Shown here piece after piece: positions 30,930-48,324 of a stretch of DNA of 64,000 nucleotides. This stretch comes from the human T2T-CHM13v2.0 reference genome, Homo sapiens. Position 1 is the first letter of the stretch. Each line of letters opens with the position of its first letter. Location of the stretch: NCBI RefSeq assembly GCF_009914755.1, contig NC_060926.1, one strand, 5' to 3'. Both the position numbers and the translations under genes were made by a program. The notes under the pieces are model-generated. The model saw nothing but the letters and a program-made list of their open reading frames with translations. It did not search any database and had not been told where the DNA came from.

Positions 30930-31810
30930 AAGTGCCCGCGGGATGAGTGTGCGGGCAGCTCCTCCTTAGGTAGGCACCGGGGCTGCGCGCGCAGCGGAGC
31001 TCGAAGGTCTTGTCCCCCGGGGGCGGTCAGCCTGGGCCTTGGCGGCCAAGGGGAAACTTGGGAGCCTCGGGACTGTTGGCCACCGGCCCGTGGGAGGAGT
31101 AAAGGCGGCCCTGGCTGGCAGGCCGAGGGTGTGACGCGCCGGCCCGCCCTCCTCGCGCAGCCTCCGGCTAGGCGGCGAGGCCGCAGGCCGCGCCCGCTCC
31201 TTCAGCCCCGCCGCCGGGGAGGGGTTTCCCGGGACGATCCGGCCCCTTTTATCCAGGAAGTGAAATCGACGTCGGGGTCAATGAAAACAAACGGGGAGCC
31301 CAGGGGGAAGGAAGGCAGGCGAGGAAGAGGCAGCGCCGGGGCGCCGGAGGGAGCAGCCGGGCTGCGGAAGCGCGAGCAGGAGGCCGGTCGCGGGCGCATT
31401 TTTGCCGTTGTCGCGGCCGCCGCCGCCGAGGCTTACCCGGGAATGTCTGGGCCCGCGCCTCGCGGCCCCCAAGCTCCACGCTGCGCCCGCTGTCCCGGCC
31501 TCTAAAGGCCGCCACGTCCCTGCGGCGCGCGCAGGCAGAAAGCGGCTTCGTGCCGGCGGAGGGGGCCCGGGCGGGCCGGGAGGGGCTGCCCCAGGCCCTG
31601 CGCCTACCCCATCACCGCGGCCGGCGCCGGGCCGGGAGGATGCGCGGTGTGGGGCTCTGAAGCATGGAGGGGGTGTTGTACAAGTGGACCAACTATCTCA
31701 CAGGTATGGGGGCTCGTGTGATGAGGGAAGAGGGGAGAGGCGGGGGGCTGCTGAGAAGGCGGGTCGGGGCTCCTCTTCCTCCGTCTGGCCTCCGCGGACC
31801 CTCAGAGCGA
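30930..31810. promoter_or_regulatory. PLEKHA3 promoter CpG island and 5'UTR
   Basis: Dense CpG; ETS-like caggaagtg at ~31254; precedes the ATG at 31664. Confidence 0.85.
31664..31703 (+). CDS. PLEKHA3: PLEKHA3 (FAPP1) coding exon 1, PH domain start
   Basis: agcATGG; MEGVLYKWTNYLT G|gtatgg. Confidence 0.96.
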
Positions 31811-33059
31811 ATTCGCTCTACTCGATTCCAGGGCTTGTTGAGTCCTTCTGGCCTCTTCAGGGGAGGGTTTGAGGCTGCGCACCTTCTAGAGGGTGGGAAG
31901 TGCACCTGCCACTTCTTTGCTAGTGTAATAATACTAATCCTTGCCTCCTGTAGCCTCAGGAACAATTCTCAGTCACCCTACATGTGTTGTTGCGATCTCC
32001 GTCCTTATTCACACTTAGTATTCATACTTTAAGAGCATTTTGTTAATAACTGAGTTGTCGGAGTATTGGACTGGAATGGACCCTTTAATTGTTTCAACTA
32101 CAAGATTTAATTTTAATTCTTTTTTGTATTTCTTTTAATTTCCTTAACATTTTATTTAAAACGTTGTCTTGTTGAGGTTGTTCAAGCTTAGCGAGCATGA
32201 TTTTGGAAGCTGTCCCCAGATAATATTCTCTTAGGGATTGTCATTGAAGTATCCTTACGTTGGGGAATTCTGTTAACTGAGAAATAGTGGAAGAAAGTGT
32301 CAATACACAGAAGGGGAACAGGCAAGTCACTTTCACCTGTGAAGTGGGTTGGAAGGAAAAACTTTGAAGAAATGAGAGACCAGCAGGAAAGGGCCCCTTA
32401 CCATGACATTGGCAGCCTGTAGGCTTATTTAAAAGCTCCTTAAATTTGAGTTGTAGTCCAATCTCTGCCATCAACCAACAATGAAGGCAAGTCAGTTATT
32501 CTTTCAGGACCTCAGTCTGATAAGGCCAGGGTGATTAGTTATTTTGCCCCGGGATGCCTTCCAACTCCAGAATTCCATGACCTCACTAAGTGAGAAGATG
32601 GTTTTAACATAAATTTGAACAGTAAACAGATTTTTTGGGGGGGGGGGGTCTAGCATAATAGGCAAATCATGACTTGCTGCCCACTTCTTCGCTCTGCCAA
32701 AAGTATCACATCCCTCAGTAATTGTGTGGTACTCTCGACTTGTGTCCACCTGATCTTGTGCAAAATGTGCAGGTAAACTTTTTAAGGCATAAGCACTGAG
32801 CTACAGTTATACCTGCTTTTTGATTTATTAGAATGCTAAAGCCAGATTTGTAGCAGCAAATGCTTTTAACATTTATGATACACAGATGTTTTATTTTGTT
32901 CAAACTAAAAACTCAATTTATTTCTATAAGTGACATGTTTTAACGGGAAACATTTAAAAGTTAGATAAATATTTTTTATTGGGCATTTTCATTTTGGCCA
33001 TTGTGAGAGCAGTTATACTGTTTGGTTGAGGTATAGTGTTAACTGTTAAAGACAGTAGA

Positions 33060-34930
<1,871 letters not shown>

Positions 34931-36434
34931 TCATTCATTTATTTATTCAGTCACTTGAGAAATAGATTTTTTTGGTACCTCTTATGTGCCAGGCACCATT
35001 CTAGTTGCTGGGAATGCAGTGATGAACAAGATAAAGTCCATGTACCAAAATAACTTACCTTCTAATTTGTTTAGGTCTCACTAGGGAATACTCTGTTGTT
35101 TCATAAAAAGGAATCTTCCAGGAACCTGAAAGTTGCTGGTTTTTAGTTGCTTTAGATATCTCTCTTTCTGAACTGTATTACTGCATTCCCTGCCTTCCTA
35201 AACAGGGTTACAAAGTAAAATTTAATCTTTTTGATGACTCAGTGTTGTCATTTCAAAAGTGTTACAGATAAATCCTTTTGGGGAATTAAGTCCTGGATCT
35301 GTATTAAAGTGTAAGGATGACTGACCCATCTCCCCTCTCGGCACTATCTGACCCTGGAAAGATCAAATTGATCATGTGGCAGGCTATGGCAAAAGTGACC
35401 GGGATACGAACATCCATGGTTTAAAATGTACATTTTAGCCATGAATATTTGTGCTGAATTGTTATTTAATAGTCATGGAAAGAACAAGGACAGTCACACT
35501 GCTCCCAGCATGGTCACCATGTTAATAGTCAGTGAACTGTTGTAAATTAGTAGCATGCTTGATAAGACTCCGGGGAACACCAAGTTTGGCTTCAAAGAGG
35601 AGTGGGAATTGGGTGCCAAGGAAAGTCATCATCCTTGTCGTCAGCTTTGGCATGGAGCCAAGTCTGTGATAGATGTGAGCTCTAGTCACTGAATAAATAT
35701 CAATCGAACAATTGCAGTTTCTAGGATTTCAACCCTAGCTGTGCAACTGCAGACAAGGGAAGAGGGGGTCATATGGGGAATCTGTGTTCTCACCATAGGG
35801 TATGTAGCTTCTATTTAAGAGACTGGAATTCATTTAGCACTCATTGTGTTTAAGGGAGTTTGCTTAGAAATATGTATTTTATAAGAGGCACATTGCAGAA
35901 TTAGAGGGCTAGGTGGCACCTGAGAGGTCATCTTGTTCAACCTACACATTTTAGGGACTGGGAATTTTAGAGATTTATTGAAATGAAAAGATTTGTCCCC
36001 AGGGTATGATTATCCATTAAAGAATGATACTATAGGTAAGGCTAGAACCCTTGTCTTCTGTGGCTTTTCCCATAATATCGTAACCCCAACTCTGTTCCTT
36101 TTTAGGAAAAGAGGGCAGTTATGCTATACCCGGTTTAGGGCTATTACTGAGGATGGGCCTTATGGGTTGTTAATGAGAACACTGTGAGCTAGAATTAGAA
36201 GTATTACTCCCCGTGTTTTTGCTGCTCTGGAGCTTGCTCCAGAAACCTCTCCCAATAAAGTGGAGACTGATGCAAAAACATTTTTGGTAAGGCTTGGTGA
36301 TTGAAAATTTCATTATCGGAATGTTATTTGAGAGCCAAGAAATAATGTGGATGGCAGGTTTTGAAATCACAGTTTTCTATGTGGTGAAAGTAATGTGTTT
36401 CCAATTGACCTTTTGTTATTTATGGTCTTTTTAG

Positions 36435-36551
36435 GCTGGCAGCCTCGTTGGTTTGTTTTAGATAATGGAATCTTATCCTACTATGATTCACAAGATGATG
36501 TTTGCAAAGGGAGCAAAGGAAGCATAAAGATGGCAGTTTGTGAAATTAAAG
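36435..36551 (+). CDS. PLEKHA3: PLEKHA3 exon 2
   Basis: tttag|GC TGG CAG CCT CGT; [39 protein letters not shown]|gtaagt; 117 nt. Confidence 0.96.
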
Positions 36552-37731
36552 GTAAGTGAATATACAGAATTAGAGGAATTGGAGGTTAGATAGTCAAGGG
36601 TTCTTCAGCATACTCCAGACGAGGAAAAAAAGCATTTCTAACCACGTAGGGATCATCTAATACCATTTATATCCTTAGCAGTCAGGAGTGGCATTTCATC
36701 ACAGTTAACACAATTAAACACAGTTTTTGATAATTCTCCCTCTACAAATGTATTTTTGAATGGAAATAACTTTTGCTAGTCTTCCAATTTGGATTTGACA
36801 AACAATTTCTTGTGGATACTACTTTAGTGTCCACCTTCAGTCTATAAGCATTCTATTTCATTATTGTTGTAATTAATAGAAAGATATTGTAAAAGTTGGA
36901 GGCTGAACTCTAAAGATGATGGGGCCAGCTCTGTAGGGTTTTGATAAGGTATGAAGTTGGAGTCATAAACTCTGGTTCTTTGCTGAATTTGGAGGTAAGT
37001 TCCTCTGGGTGATAGAGATGGTTTCCTTTTCTTCCAAAAGGGGAGAAATAAAGCAATAGGTCCTGCTGTAATTTTCGTGAAGGAAGATTTTATGGACCAT
37101 TGATTCATTTGTGTGTGTGGTTGGAGTGTGTGGGGTGGAGGCGAAATCAGATAAAATGGCAGTGAAAAGGACTGAATTCTTCAAAGAGAGTGAAGGAAAA
37201 ACTAGAGCACCAGGGGAGTGACTGTTAAACTCCTTCCTGGTCGTTTTCATTTCTCCACTCTAGCTTGAATACTTGTCCTTCATGAAGTGTGTTTCCTTTG
37301 ACGTGGTGAGCTCTGGGTCATAGCTATCAAACAGTCTTCCTGAAAGGTAGCGATTAATCTGACTTTAATTGCCATACATAAGTGTTGTCTTTTAATGTTT
37401 TATAAATGGAATAATTCAGTATTTTCTTTTGTGTCTGGCTTCTTTTACTCAACATCATGTTTGTAAAATTTATCTATATTGTTCTGTGTAACAGTAGTTC
37501 AGTCATTCTCATTGTACAGTATTCCATTGTGTGAATATCTCACAATTTTGGTATCCATTCTAGTACTGAAGGATTTTTGGGTTATTTCCGTTTTGGGACT
37601 ACAGTGACTAAAGCTGCCATAAACATTCTTACACATTTATTGAACATATGTGTGCATTTCTGTTTAGTGTATCTCTAGAAGTGGAGTGGAATGCTAAGGC
37701 ACTGAATATTCATACTTTCAGCTTTAATAGA

Positions 37732-38553
<822 letters not shown>

Positions 38554-38789
38554 GATAATGCCAGATGTTTTCCAAAGTGATTATATAAATTTTTTCTGCA
38601 ATCGATCAGAGTATTAGGGTTCCAGTTGTTCTGCATCTTTGCCAAAACTTGGTATTATCCATTTAAAAAATTCGGAATATTTCTGGTGTTTGTAGTGGTA
38701 TCTCATGGTGGTTTTTTACTTGCATTTCTTCAATAACTAATGATGTTGAATACTTTTTTAGATGTTAGCCATTTGAATGTCCTCTTGTC

Positions 38790-38922
38790 GGGAGTGTTAG
38801 CTCATGTCTGTAATCCCAGCAGTTTGGGAGGCCAAGGCAGGCAGATCGCTTGTGCTCAGGAGTTCGAGACCAGCCTGGGCAACAAAATGAGACTCCTGTC
38901 TCCACAAAAAGGAAAAAAAAAA
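38790..38922 (+). mobile_element. Alu monomer
   Basis: Left-arm similarity plus A tail. Confidence 0.82.
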
Positions 38923-40229
38923 AGGGTTGAATGTTGTCTTCTTTTGAAGTCCTCTTTCAAGTCTTTGGCCCATTTTCTAACTTTGGCTATCTTTCATGTT
39001 GATATGTAGGAGTTCTTTGTATAGTCTGGTTGAGTCTTTGTGTTGCAGATGTTTTCTTCCACTGTGTAGTTTATGTTTTCATTTTGTTCATGATACCTTT
39101 TGAGGAACAGAAGTTCTTCATTTCAGTGAAATCCAATTTGTTAATTTCTTTTATTGGATCCTTTTATGACCCACTGAAGACATCTTCTGTGTTACTTTCT
39201 TGAATGTTTATTGTTTTACCTTTTATATTTAGGTCTATAGTAGGTCTGTACTTGACTTAATAGCAACCTTTCCCCCATGGGGATACCTTTGTCACAAAGC
39301 AAGTGACCATGTATATGTGAGTCTTTTTCTAGACTGTCTATTCTGTTCTGTGGCCCTGTTTTTGTTGTTGTTGTTGTTGTTGTTAATCCTTGTGCAGATA
39401 TTACATTGTGTTAATTTCTTTAGCTTTATTCTCTTTGTATCTGATAGCCAAAGTCTCCTAACTTTAGTTCTTTTTCAGTACTGTCTTGGCTATTGTAAGC
39501 CCTTTGCATTTCCTTACAGATTTTAGAACTTGCTTATAAATTTCCACAGCTATCTGCTGGAATGTTTGGAATTGTGTTGAATCTACAGATCAATTTGAGG
39601 AGAATTATATTCTTGATGATATTGAGTCTTCTGTTCCATTAACTCTGTTTAATTAGATATTTAATTTCTCTCAGTAATGTTTTGTAGTTTTGTGTTTAGA
39701 GGTCTTGTCCATCTTTTCTGATGTTTTGGAAGCATCATTTTTAAGTTTGTTGCCTTTTCAGGTGACAACTTTGGAGGGGACCACCCTTGATTGGATGCAT
39801 AAATTCTGGTATGTTTAAAAATGAGTCATCTTATTTTAGTTTCATCTTGTAGCAACATCATTAGAAATTAGAGCATTGCTTTCTTTTAAAGTAGGTATTG
39901 GTGCTTTCACTAGTATTGGCAAGTAGCAAGGAAGAGTTACTCTTATAGCTTTAGGAGTTCAGTAGTTTTACCCTAGCCTAGAAATCTTTTGCATTCATAA
40001 TTGATTGTTGCATGGTTGTATGTTTCAGTGTCTGCAACTAAGAATGACCCATATAAGTAGAATAATAAGATAGCAACATTTCTGTGGCACTTACTTGCCA
40101 TAATACACTAAACATCTGGTCAATATTTATAGCAATTAATTATTTAAGTTGGGGCTTCTGCCAGATTTTGCTGGGACCCTCATAATTTGGCTCCTCCCAG
40201 CTTGTCCATTCATGAATATGAATTTGTTT

Positions 40230-40432
40230 TCTTTTCTTTTCCTTCTTTTTTTTTTTTTTTTTTTTTTTGAGACAGGGTCTTGCTCTGTTGCCCAGTCTGG
40301 AGTGCAGTGGTATGATTGTAGCTCACTGCAGCCTGTACTGGGCTCCAGCGATCCTCTTGCCTCAGCCTTCCGCCTCCCAAGTTGCTGGGTCTACAGGTGC
40401 TGGGAGTACATGCTTGCACCACTATACTGGCT
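40230..40432 (-). mobile_element. Truncated AluJ
   Basis: poly(T) plus right-arm similarity. Confidence 0.8.
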
Positions 40433-41451
40433 AAACGAGTATGAATATTACTTTGCATTACAATGGAAGCCTCTATTTATGCTTGTTTCCTAATATTCTC
40501 AGTACATTCTGTGTTTATTTTCTCATTTAAGCTTCTTCTCATTCATTTTCTTAACCAAATCCCGCTTTCATCAAACCCTTCTTCTTGAAGCCTTTTTAAA
40601 TTACTTTCTCTCATAATTACACAAGAAATCTCTGCACCAAAGAGTTAAACATATGTGTATTCTGATTGTTTTTGGTGTGTCAGTTTGTTTCTTGGTTAAA
40701 TTGTCAACTGTATAGAAGCAAAGACACCTTTTTTCTTCCCCTCTATCTTCTCTTCTACTAGCACTGCTCTGAGCTGAGTAAATATTTGTTGATGAATGAC
40801 AGCTTAACACAAATTTTGTTTTACAACAAAGACTTGGGATTGGCTCATCATAATTCCTGATTAGCTCTCTTTTCTCAGAGCATCAAAGGAGGTGTGTGTG
40901 TGCAGGAGAAGAGGTAGAAAGAGGGGAAGAGATGAATGTCTTCAAAATATACATGCCTTCCATGTGTTATGCTATGATCCATAATTAAGGGCATATCATA
41001 GAGTTACTTTTCTGACAGAAGGTGGCTGTAGTTGTCATTTATTACATTCCTTCTATGTGTCAGGCACTATATATGAAAACAAAGACTTTGTTTTCAAGGA
41101 AATCAGTAAAAAATATGTGATAGTGTAACATTCATTGCAGTTGTATTTAATAGGATAAGTGGCCCCAAGGTGGGGGAGGGCTGTCACTTCTCAGTAGTTA
41201 GTATGTCCCTGTTTTCTTTTTCATACTCTGTCATCGCTTTGGCACCATTGTTACCCCGGGTCTATATGAGAATGTTGATTTGGGGAGTGCCACTGGGTGG
41301 CCCCTCAGGGAGCAGCACTGCCTGCATCATGAATGATAGTTCAATGTTTTTGGTATATGAAGCATCTGATACTGTGTGATTAGATGATTATTTGATTACC
41401 CTTAAATTACTTAAGTCTATAACTGTATTTCCCCTTTGTTTATCATCATAG

Positions 41452-41607
41452 TTCATTCAGCAGACAACACAAGAATGGAATTAATCATTCCTGGAGAGCA
41501 GCATTTCTACATGAAGGCAGTGAATGCAGCTGAAAGACAGAGGTGGCTGGTCGCTCTGGGGAGCTCCAAAGCATGTTTGACTGATACAAGGACTAAAAAA
41601 GAAAAAG
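41452..41607 (+). CDS. PLEKHA3: PLEKHA3 exon 3, end of the PH domain
   Basis: catag|TT CAT TCA; [39 protein letters not shown]; G|gtaact; 156 nt. Confidence 0.96.
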
Positions 41608-41723
41608 GTAACTATAAACTTTTCCCTTGTGGTGAGAGTACTTTCTTAAATATAAATATAAATGTAACTAAATTAGCCTGTCCACTTTTAGTATCTATCC
41701 CAAGGAAATAATTAGAAATGTAG

Positions 41724-42131
<408 letters not shown>

Positions 42132-42484
42132 TAGACAGTAAGATGTTGAAAAGGAATTTCAATGTGAGAAAATGCCCAGGGTTAAATGATCATTGAAAAA
42201 AGCAGGATTCAGAATTATGTGTATTGTTAGTATTCATTGGCTGGCTTAGGAAAGGTATGTAAGAATTGGTCAGATTGTTACCTTTGGAAGTGGAATTTGT
42301 GGGAAGGAGACTCAGTTGTCACTGTATATACCCTTTGGTATCTTTTGACTTTACCATGTACGCATATTGCCAATTCAAAAAGATTTTTAGAAACTGAAAG
42401 CAAAGCAAATGATTTATGTTATTAGTTCAACTATATACAGATATAATGTGAAAATGACAATTTCTTGATAGTGAGATTATAGTT

Positions 42485-42880
42485 TGTCTTAGTTCATTTT
42501 CTGTTGCTTTGACACAATACTTGAGACTGTAATTTATAAAGAAAAGAGGTATGACTCATGGCCCTAGAGGCTGGAAGTTCAAGATTGGGCAGCTGTATCT
42601 AGTTGGCTTCTGGTGAGGGCCTCATGCTGCATCATAGCATGGCGGAGGAAGCAAGGGAAAGCGGGTGTGTGCGGAAAGAGATCAAACCCAAGAGGCAGCC
42701 TCGATTTATAACAACCCGCTCTCATAGTAACTAATCTAGTCCCAAGAGGTTGAGAACTCACTCACTCCTTTGACGACCTAATCACTTGTTAAAAGTACTA
42801 CTTTCCTAACACTGCCACACTGGGGACCCAGACTCAACATGAGTTTTGCTGGAAACAAACGATATTCAAACCATAGTACA
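42485..42880. mobile_element. MaLR LTR (MST/MLT1-like)
   Basis: tgtcttagttcattttctgttgct...aatttataaagaaaagagg...caaaccatag. Confidence 0.75.
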
Positions 42881-43262
42881 GTTATTTGATTTTTCTTTTC
42901 TATATTTTTTCTATTTTTCAAAATTTTTTATTAAGTATGTATTACTTATATAATTAAATGCAAATTAATTACATTAGTGAAAGCAAGTAAATTATAGGTA
43001 TTGAGAAATGAAGGCTGAGGATTGAATTTATAACAATTTTGAAATATATGAAAACATTACAGAATATAGCTACAGGTAGGATAAGAAGGAATGAATATTC
43101 ACAATAGCTAAAAGATGGAAATAACCCAAATGTTCATTGGTAGAGGAATGGATAAACAAAATATACAATAGAATATTACTCAGCTTTAAAAAGCAAATTG
43201 TGACACATGCTACACTGTGGATGAACCTTATAGACATTACAATAAGTAAAAAAAGCTAATCA

Positions 43263-43429
43263 TGTGGGGTGGGGGGAGGGGGGAGGGATAGCATTGGTAG
43301 ATATACCTAATGCTAGATGACAAGTTAGTAGGTGCAGCGCACCAGCATGGCACATGTATACATATGTAACTAACCTGCACATTGTGCACATGTACCCTAA
43401 AACTTAAAGTATAATAATGATTAAAAAAA
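43263..43429 (+). mobile_element. Very short 5'-truncated young L1PA 3' end nested in an older L1 (~43085-43740)
   Basis: ggggtggggggaggggggagggatagcatt...ccctaaaacttaaagtataataa plus poly(A); 15-bp TSD aaaaaaagctaatca. Confidence 0.92.
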
Positions 43430-44645
43430 AAAAAAAGCTAATCACAGAAGGACATATAGTCTATGATTCCACTTATATGAAATACCCAGGGCAGTCATAC
43501 TTATACAGACAGAAAATAGAATGTTGGTTTCCAGGGCCCAGGGGGAGGTGGAAACAGGGTTAGTGTTTAGTGGGTACAGACCTTCAGCTGGGGAAGATGA
43601 AGACGTTCTGGAGATGGATGGTGGTGATGATTTTACAAATACGAATGTACTTAATGGCACATTTTGAAGTGAATACTTAAAAGTGGTTAAAATAGTAAAT
43701 TTTATGTTTATGTATACTTTACCACAGTTTTTTTTAAAAAGGAGAAAGAATAGGCTTAAATATGAGCAGGAATTGATTTAGGTTAGATTAAATGCGCAGA
43801 TAGAGCTGCTTTGTCCATTCTGGCAAAAGTGGCTTTGTGGCTAGGACCAGAGAGCAAGACCACTGGGGCCTGGCCCAGGGAGTGTGGAGAAGCACCAGAA
43901 ATTTACTCTATGAATTTTCCTCCTCTGTAGCTTATACTTCTAGTTTAAAAGGTATTGGCTTGTGAGTGGCTGAGATTATGGCTGGATGTTTAGTTTGTCT
44001 GGACATACTAAGGAAGAAAGTATGCTCTTAATAAAAAATTTTGAAAATAGTATAATGTGAGAATGAAACTGAAAGAAACAGAAGAAAATAAATGAATGTT
44101 TATAAACAATAGTTTTAATTACATAAAAATTTAAAACTTCTGTAAGCCAAAATAAAGAAAACTGAAAGGAAGCTAACAGATCTGGATAAGGTATTTGCAG
44201 TATATAAGATAGAGGAAAGATTACTATCTTTAATTTGTAAGAACTTTTACAAACTATCAGTTTATATTGTTAAGAGAAAAACCAACATCAGAACTGGAAA
44301 AAATGTATAAAGGACAAAATAAAAAAGCAATTCACAAAAGAAAACCAAGCACTTTTTAAATGGAAGATGAGTAATGGAATGGAAATATCCTGTATAAAAC
44401 ATCCAGTGGTCATCATCCTATCTCTGGAAATCACCTAAACATGGCAGGCATATAACTGTCAGCTTTTTCCCAATTATCTGAAGAGAAGATGTTTCCTTAG
44501 GGCTCTTGTATCCTGTTTCCAAGGTCTCACATTTCTTGAGCTATAGGTATTTATATTCATTGCTTTTTTAAATGATTACATTTTGTTACATTGCTCAAAG
44601 AATATGAAAATGATCTAACTGTATATTTATGTATATTCTTTTCAG

Positions 44646-44782
44646 AAATAAGTGAAACCAGTGAATCGCTGAAAACCAAAATGTCTGAACTTCGCCTCTA
44701 CTGTGACCTCTTAATGCAGCAAGTTCATACAATACAGGAATTTGTTCACCATGATGAGAATCATTCATCTCCTAGTGCAGAG
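44646..44782 (+). CDS. PLEKHA3: PLEKHA3 exon 4
   Basis: ttcag|AA ATA AGT; [25 protein letters not shown]; GAG|gtagag; 137 nt. Confidence 0.94.
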
Positions 44783-46289
44783 GTAGAGCGAAGAGGATCT
44801 CTTCACGTGTGGTTATGCTTTGGAGTACTCTGGGGGGATCCTCAGTCATTCCATAAGATGACAGGCATTTTCACATTGAGTTATTTTCAGCTTTTCTGGG
44901 TTCTGCCTACTGTATACTATCTGGAAATCTGTAGCATCTTCTCGATTGTGTCTGTGTGGCCAGAGAAGAACATGAAGTAGCATATTTCTCCAGGGGTCAA
45001 GGCTTGTCTTTGCAGCCAGTCTGATAATTTGGAGGTTGGAGTGGGGAAGAAGCATTCCAGGCTTTGTTCTCCAGGCTAGCGGCATAAATTCACTGGACAG
45101 CTGCTATTCTCTTTTTTTGGTAATAAGGTCCCTGCTTCAACTATGAGAGTTGATAACTTATCTTTATGAAATAACTTAAAACAAATCCTTCTCAGAACAG
45201 TGACTTAGGAATCAAAACTCAGATTAGTAGGATCGGGCTATAATAGGCTCATTCTTCATGGTAAAATAGGACCAGTGAGCTATACCACTCTCTGGGTGAA
45301 AGGCCAGCATGTTGCCTGTCCCTTTTTGCCTAACTTGGTAGAAGTGGGGCAAGAAATCTTCCTATTTCTTCTGTGGCCTTCTCCTGTTGGGGAGGAATCT
45401 TGTGTAAGAAGCCCAAGGACAAACTGACCACAAGCTCCCTGGAGGTAGTTGACCTCACACTTGCTACAGCAGCTCAGTGACAGTATTAGGGACCCAGGCT
45501 TGTTCCATCCTTCCACTCTGCCATTCTTGGTGTGTTGAGTTTTTCTCCTAATGCCCCAGGTGTCAAGATGACTGTCAAGCTCACAAAGAGGCAGGAGGCA
45601 GTGGGGTTGCCAGGGTAGAGAGAGTCCTTCTCAACTTGCTGTGCTTGGTTTTGAATCGGGAAACAAAAATCCCAGAAATTCCCTAGCCAACTTCTCATCT
45701 TTTTTTTTTTTTTTTTTTTTCCGGCTCAAAGGAAACTAGGAAAAAATGAGCATTTAGTAAAGAGTGTTGGAATAGCCATGACTAGGTTAGATCAGTCTCT
45801 ATTCATCCCCCAGGATCAGGGCACTTTGCGATCCTGAACAAAATTGGGCTTTTTACTCTATCAAGGAAGAAGTGGGAGAATGGATAGAGGGTAGGCATGA
45901 ATTGTACTGCCACTAATTAACTCTAAGGGTATTCCATGTCTGTGTCCACTTTTGGGAAAGTGAAAATTACTGTTTAGGTTAGATTTCTCTAAGATAAACT
46001 TTTGTACACAGTTTTTCAATATGATAATTAAATGCAAAGCTTATTTTTTCTTAGAATCTAGTTTCATACATTGTTTAGGAGACAGGCATTTCTTATACAT
46101 AGATGTTTTAATGTTTTCTTTTTTCTTTTTTTGCCCCAGCTTAATTTTCTAAGGTACTGTATTTTAAATAAATTTGAACATAACATAGTAATGTGTCTGT
46201 TGGAGATGTCTTATTATTTAATGATAAGGTTGTATATGATTCCATGTAGTTGTATGCAAATCTGTTCAAGTCTTTGTGTAATTTTTCAG

Positions 46290-46454
46290 AACATGAATGA
46301 AGCCTCTTCTCTGCTTAGTGCCACGTGTAACACATTCATCACAACGCTTGAGGAATGTGTGAAGATAGCCAATGCCAAGTTTAAACCTGAGATGTTTCAA
46401 CTGCACCATCCGGATCCCTTAGTTTCTCCTGTGTCACCTTCTCCTGTTCAAATG
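46290..46454 (+). CDS. PLEKHA3: PLEKHA3 exon 5
   Basis: ttcag|[27 protein letters not shown]...PVSPSPVQM|gtttga; 165 nt. Confidence 0.92.
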
Positions 46455-47499
46455 GTTTGAACTTCTTGTTTTGGTTTTTTCCCTCAGTAGTAATGTTGCA
46501 TGTGGTTTTCGTTTCATTTTGGTATTTATTTTTAAGGGTGGAAGCAGGCAGTTGGGGGGCGGGGAACAGCTAACAAGTTGAATTTTTTTGTTTGTACTGT
46601 TTCATATTCGAGCTTCTTAGCTGATGAGCTGAGCACTTGTGCTAGTGTCCTCATTCCCTTCTCCTTGGAGGGGCTGTGCATGGCCTGCCCACAGGCTGCT
46701 TCATCCATTTTCCCCAGTGTCTAGGAAAATATTACAAAGTGCTGTGACAAAGAAAAAGTTGGGGAGCTCTATTCTGCTTGGTAAGAATTACACAATGGAA
46801 TGAGATTTTAGTCACAATGGGGTACAATTACGTATATCTTTAAAGGAGTTAGAAGGAATTTGAAACATATTCCGGTGGGAACGGTATTCTCTACTAAGCA
46901 TTTGGATCTGAACCCTCAGAGTAGCTGATCTTCAGTTTCTTCATGTGTAAAAATACAGTGTATATCAGAGAGTCACTGCAAACGATCTGACCTGCTTACT
47001 GTTAGGTGCTCAGTGTTAGTTTCTTACTTCCTTATTGCTCAGAACAAGTCCTCTTTTTGCCAGGGGTGGCAGATTCGTTGTCCTTTCTGAGCTAATAAAT
47101 TTGCTCTAGCATGCTGTTAGAAATTTGTAGGTGAGATAAGCTTTAATGAGACTTCAAGTTTATTGCATCAAAGTGTTTTTAGGAGTCCATTTATAGGAGT
47201 AAGAATGCCACCTTGTTGCTGTTTCAGCAATTACCTGAAGATCTATTTGTTAGGAGAATAGGGTCTAACTTCTTCCTAGGTTCTCTTACCTATCCCAGCA
47301 AATTTAGTTATGAGATTTAGTAAAGATTATTGCCTAGATTTATTTAGAGAATTGTTTTCTAATCAGTATTTGATGGGCTAATAGTTTCCTCTGAGGCAAG
47401 CGTACCATGAAAATGAGTTTTATGGCCAGATTAATTTGGGAATTGCTAGGTTAACTTAAATGATATGAATTGGGTTTGATGGGACTTGTCACAGCCTTT

Positions 47500-48324
<825 letters not shown>

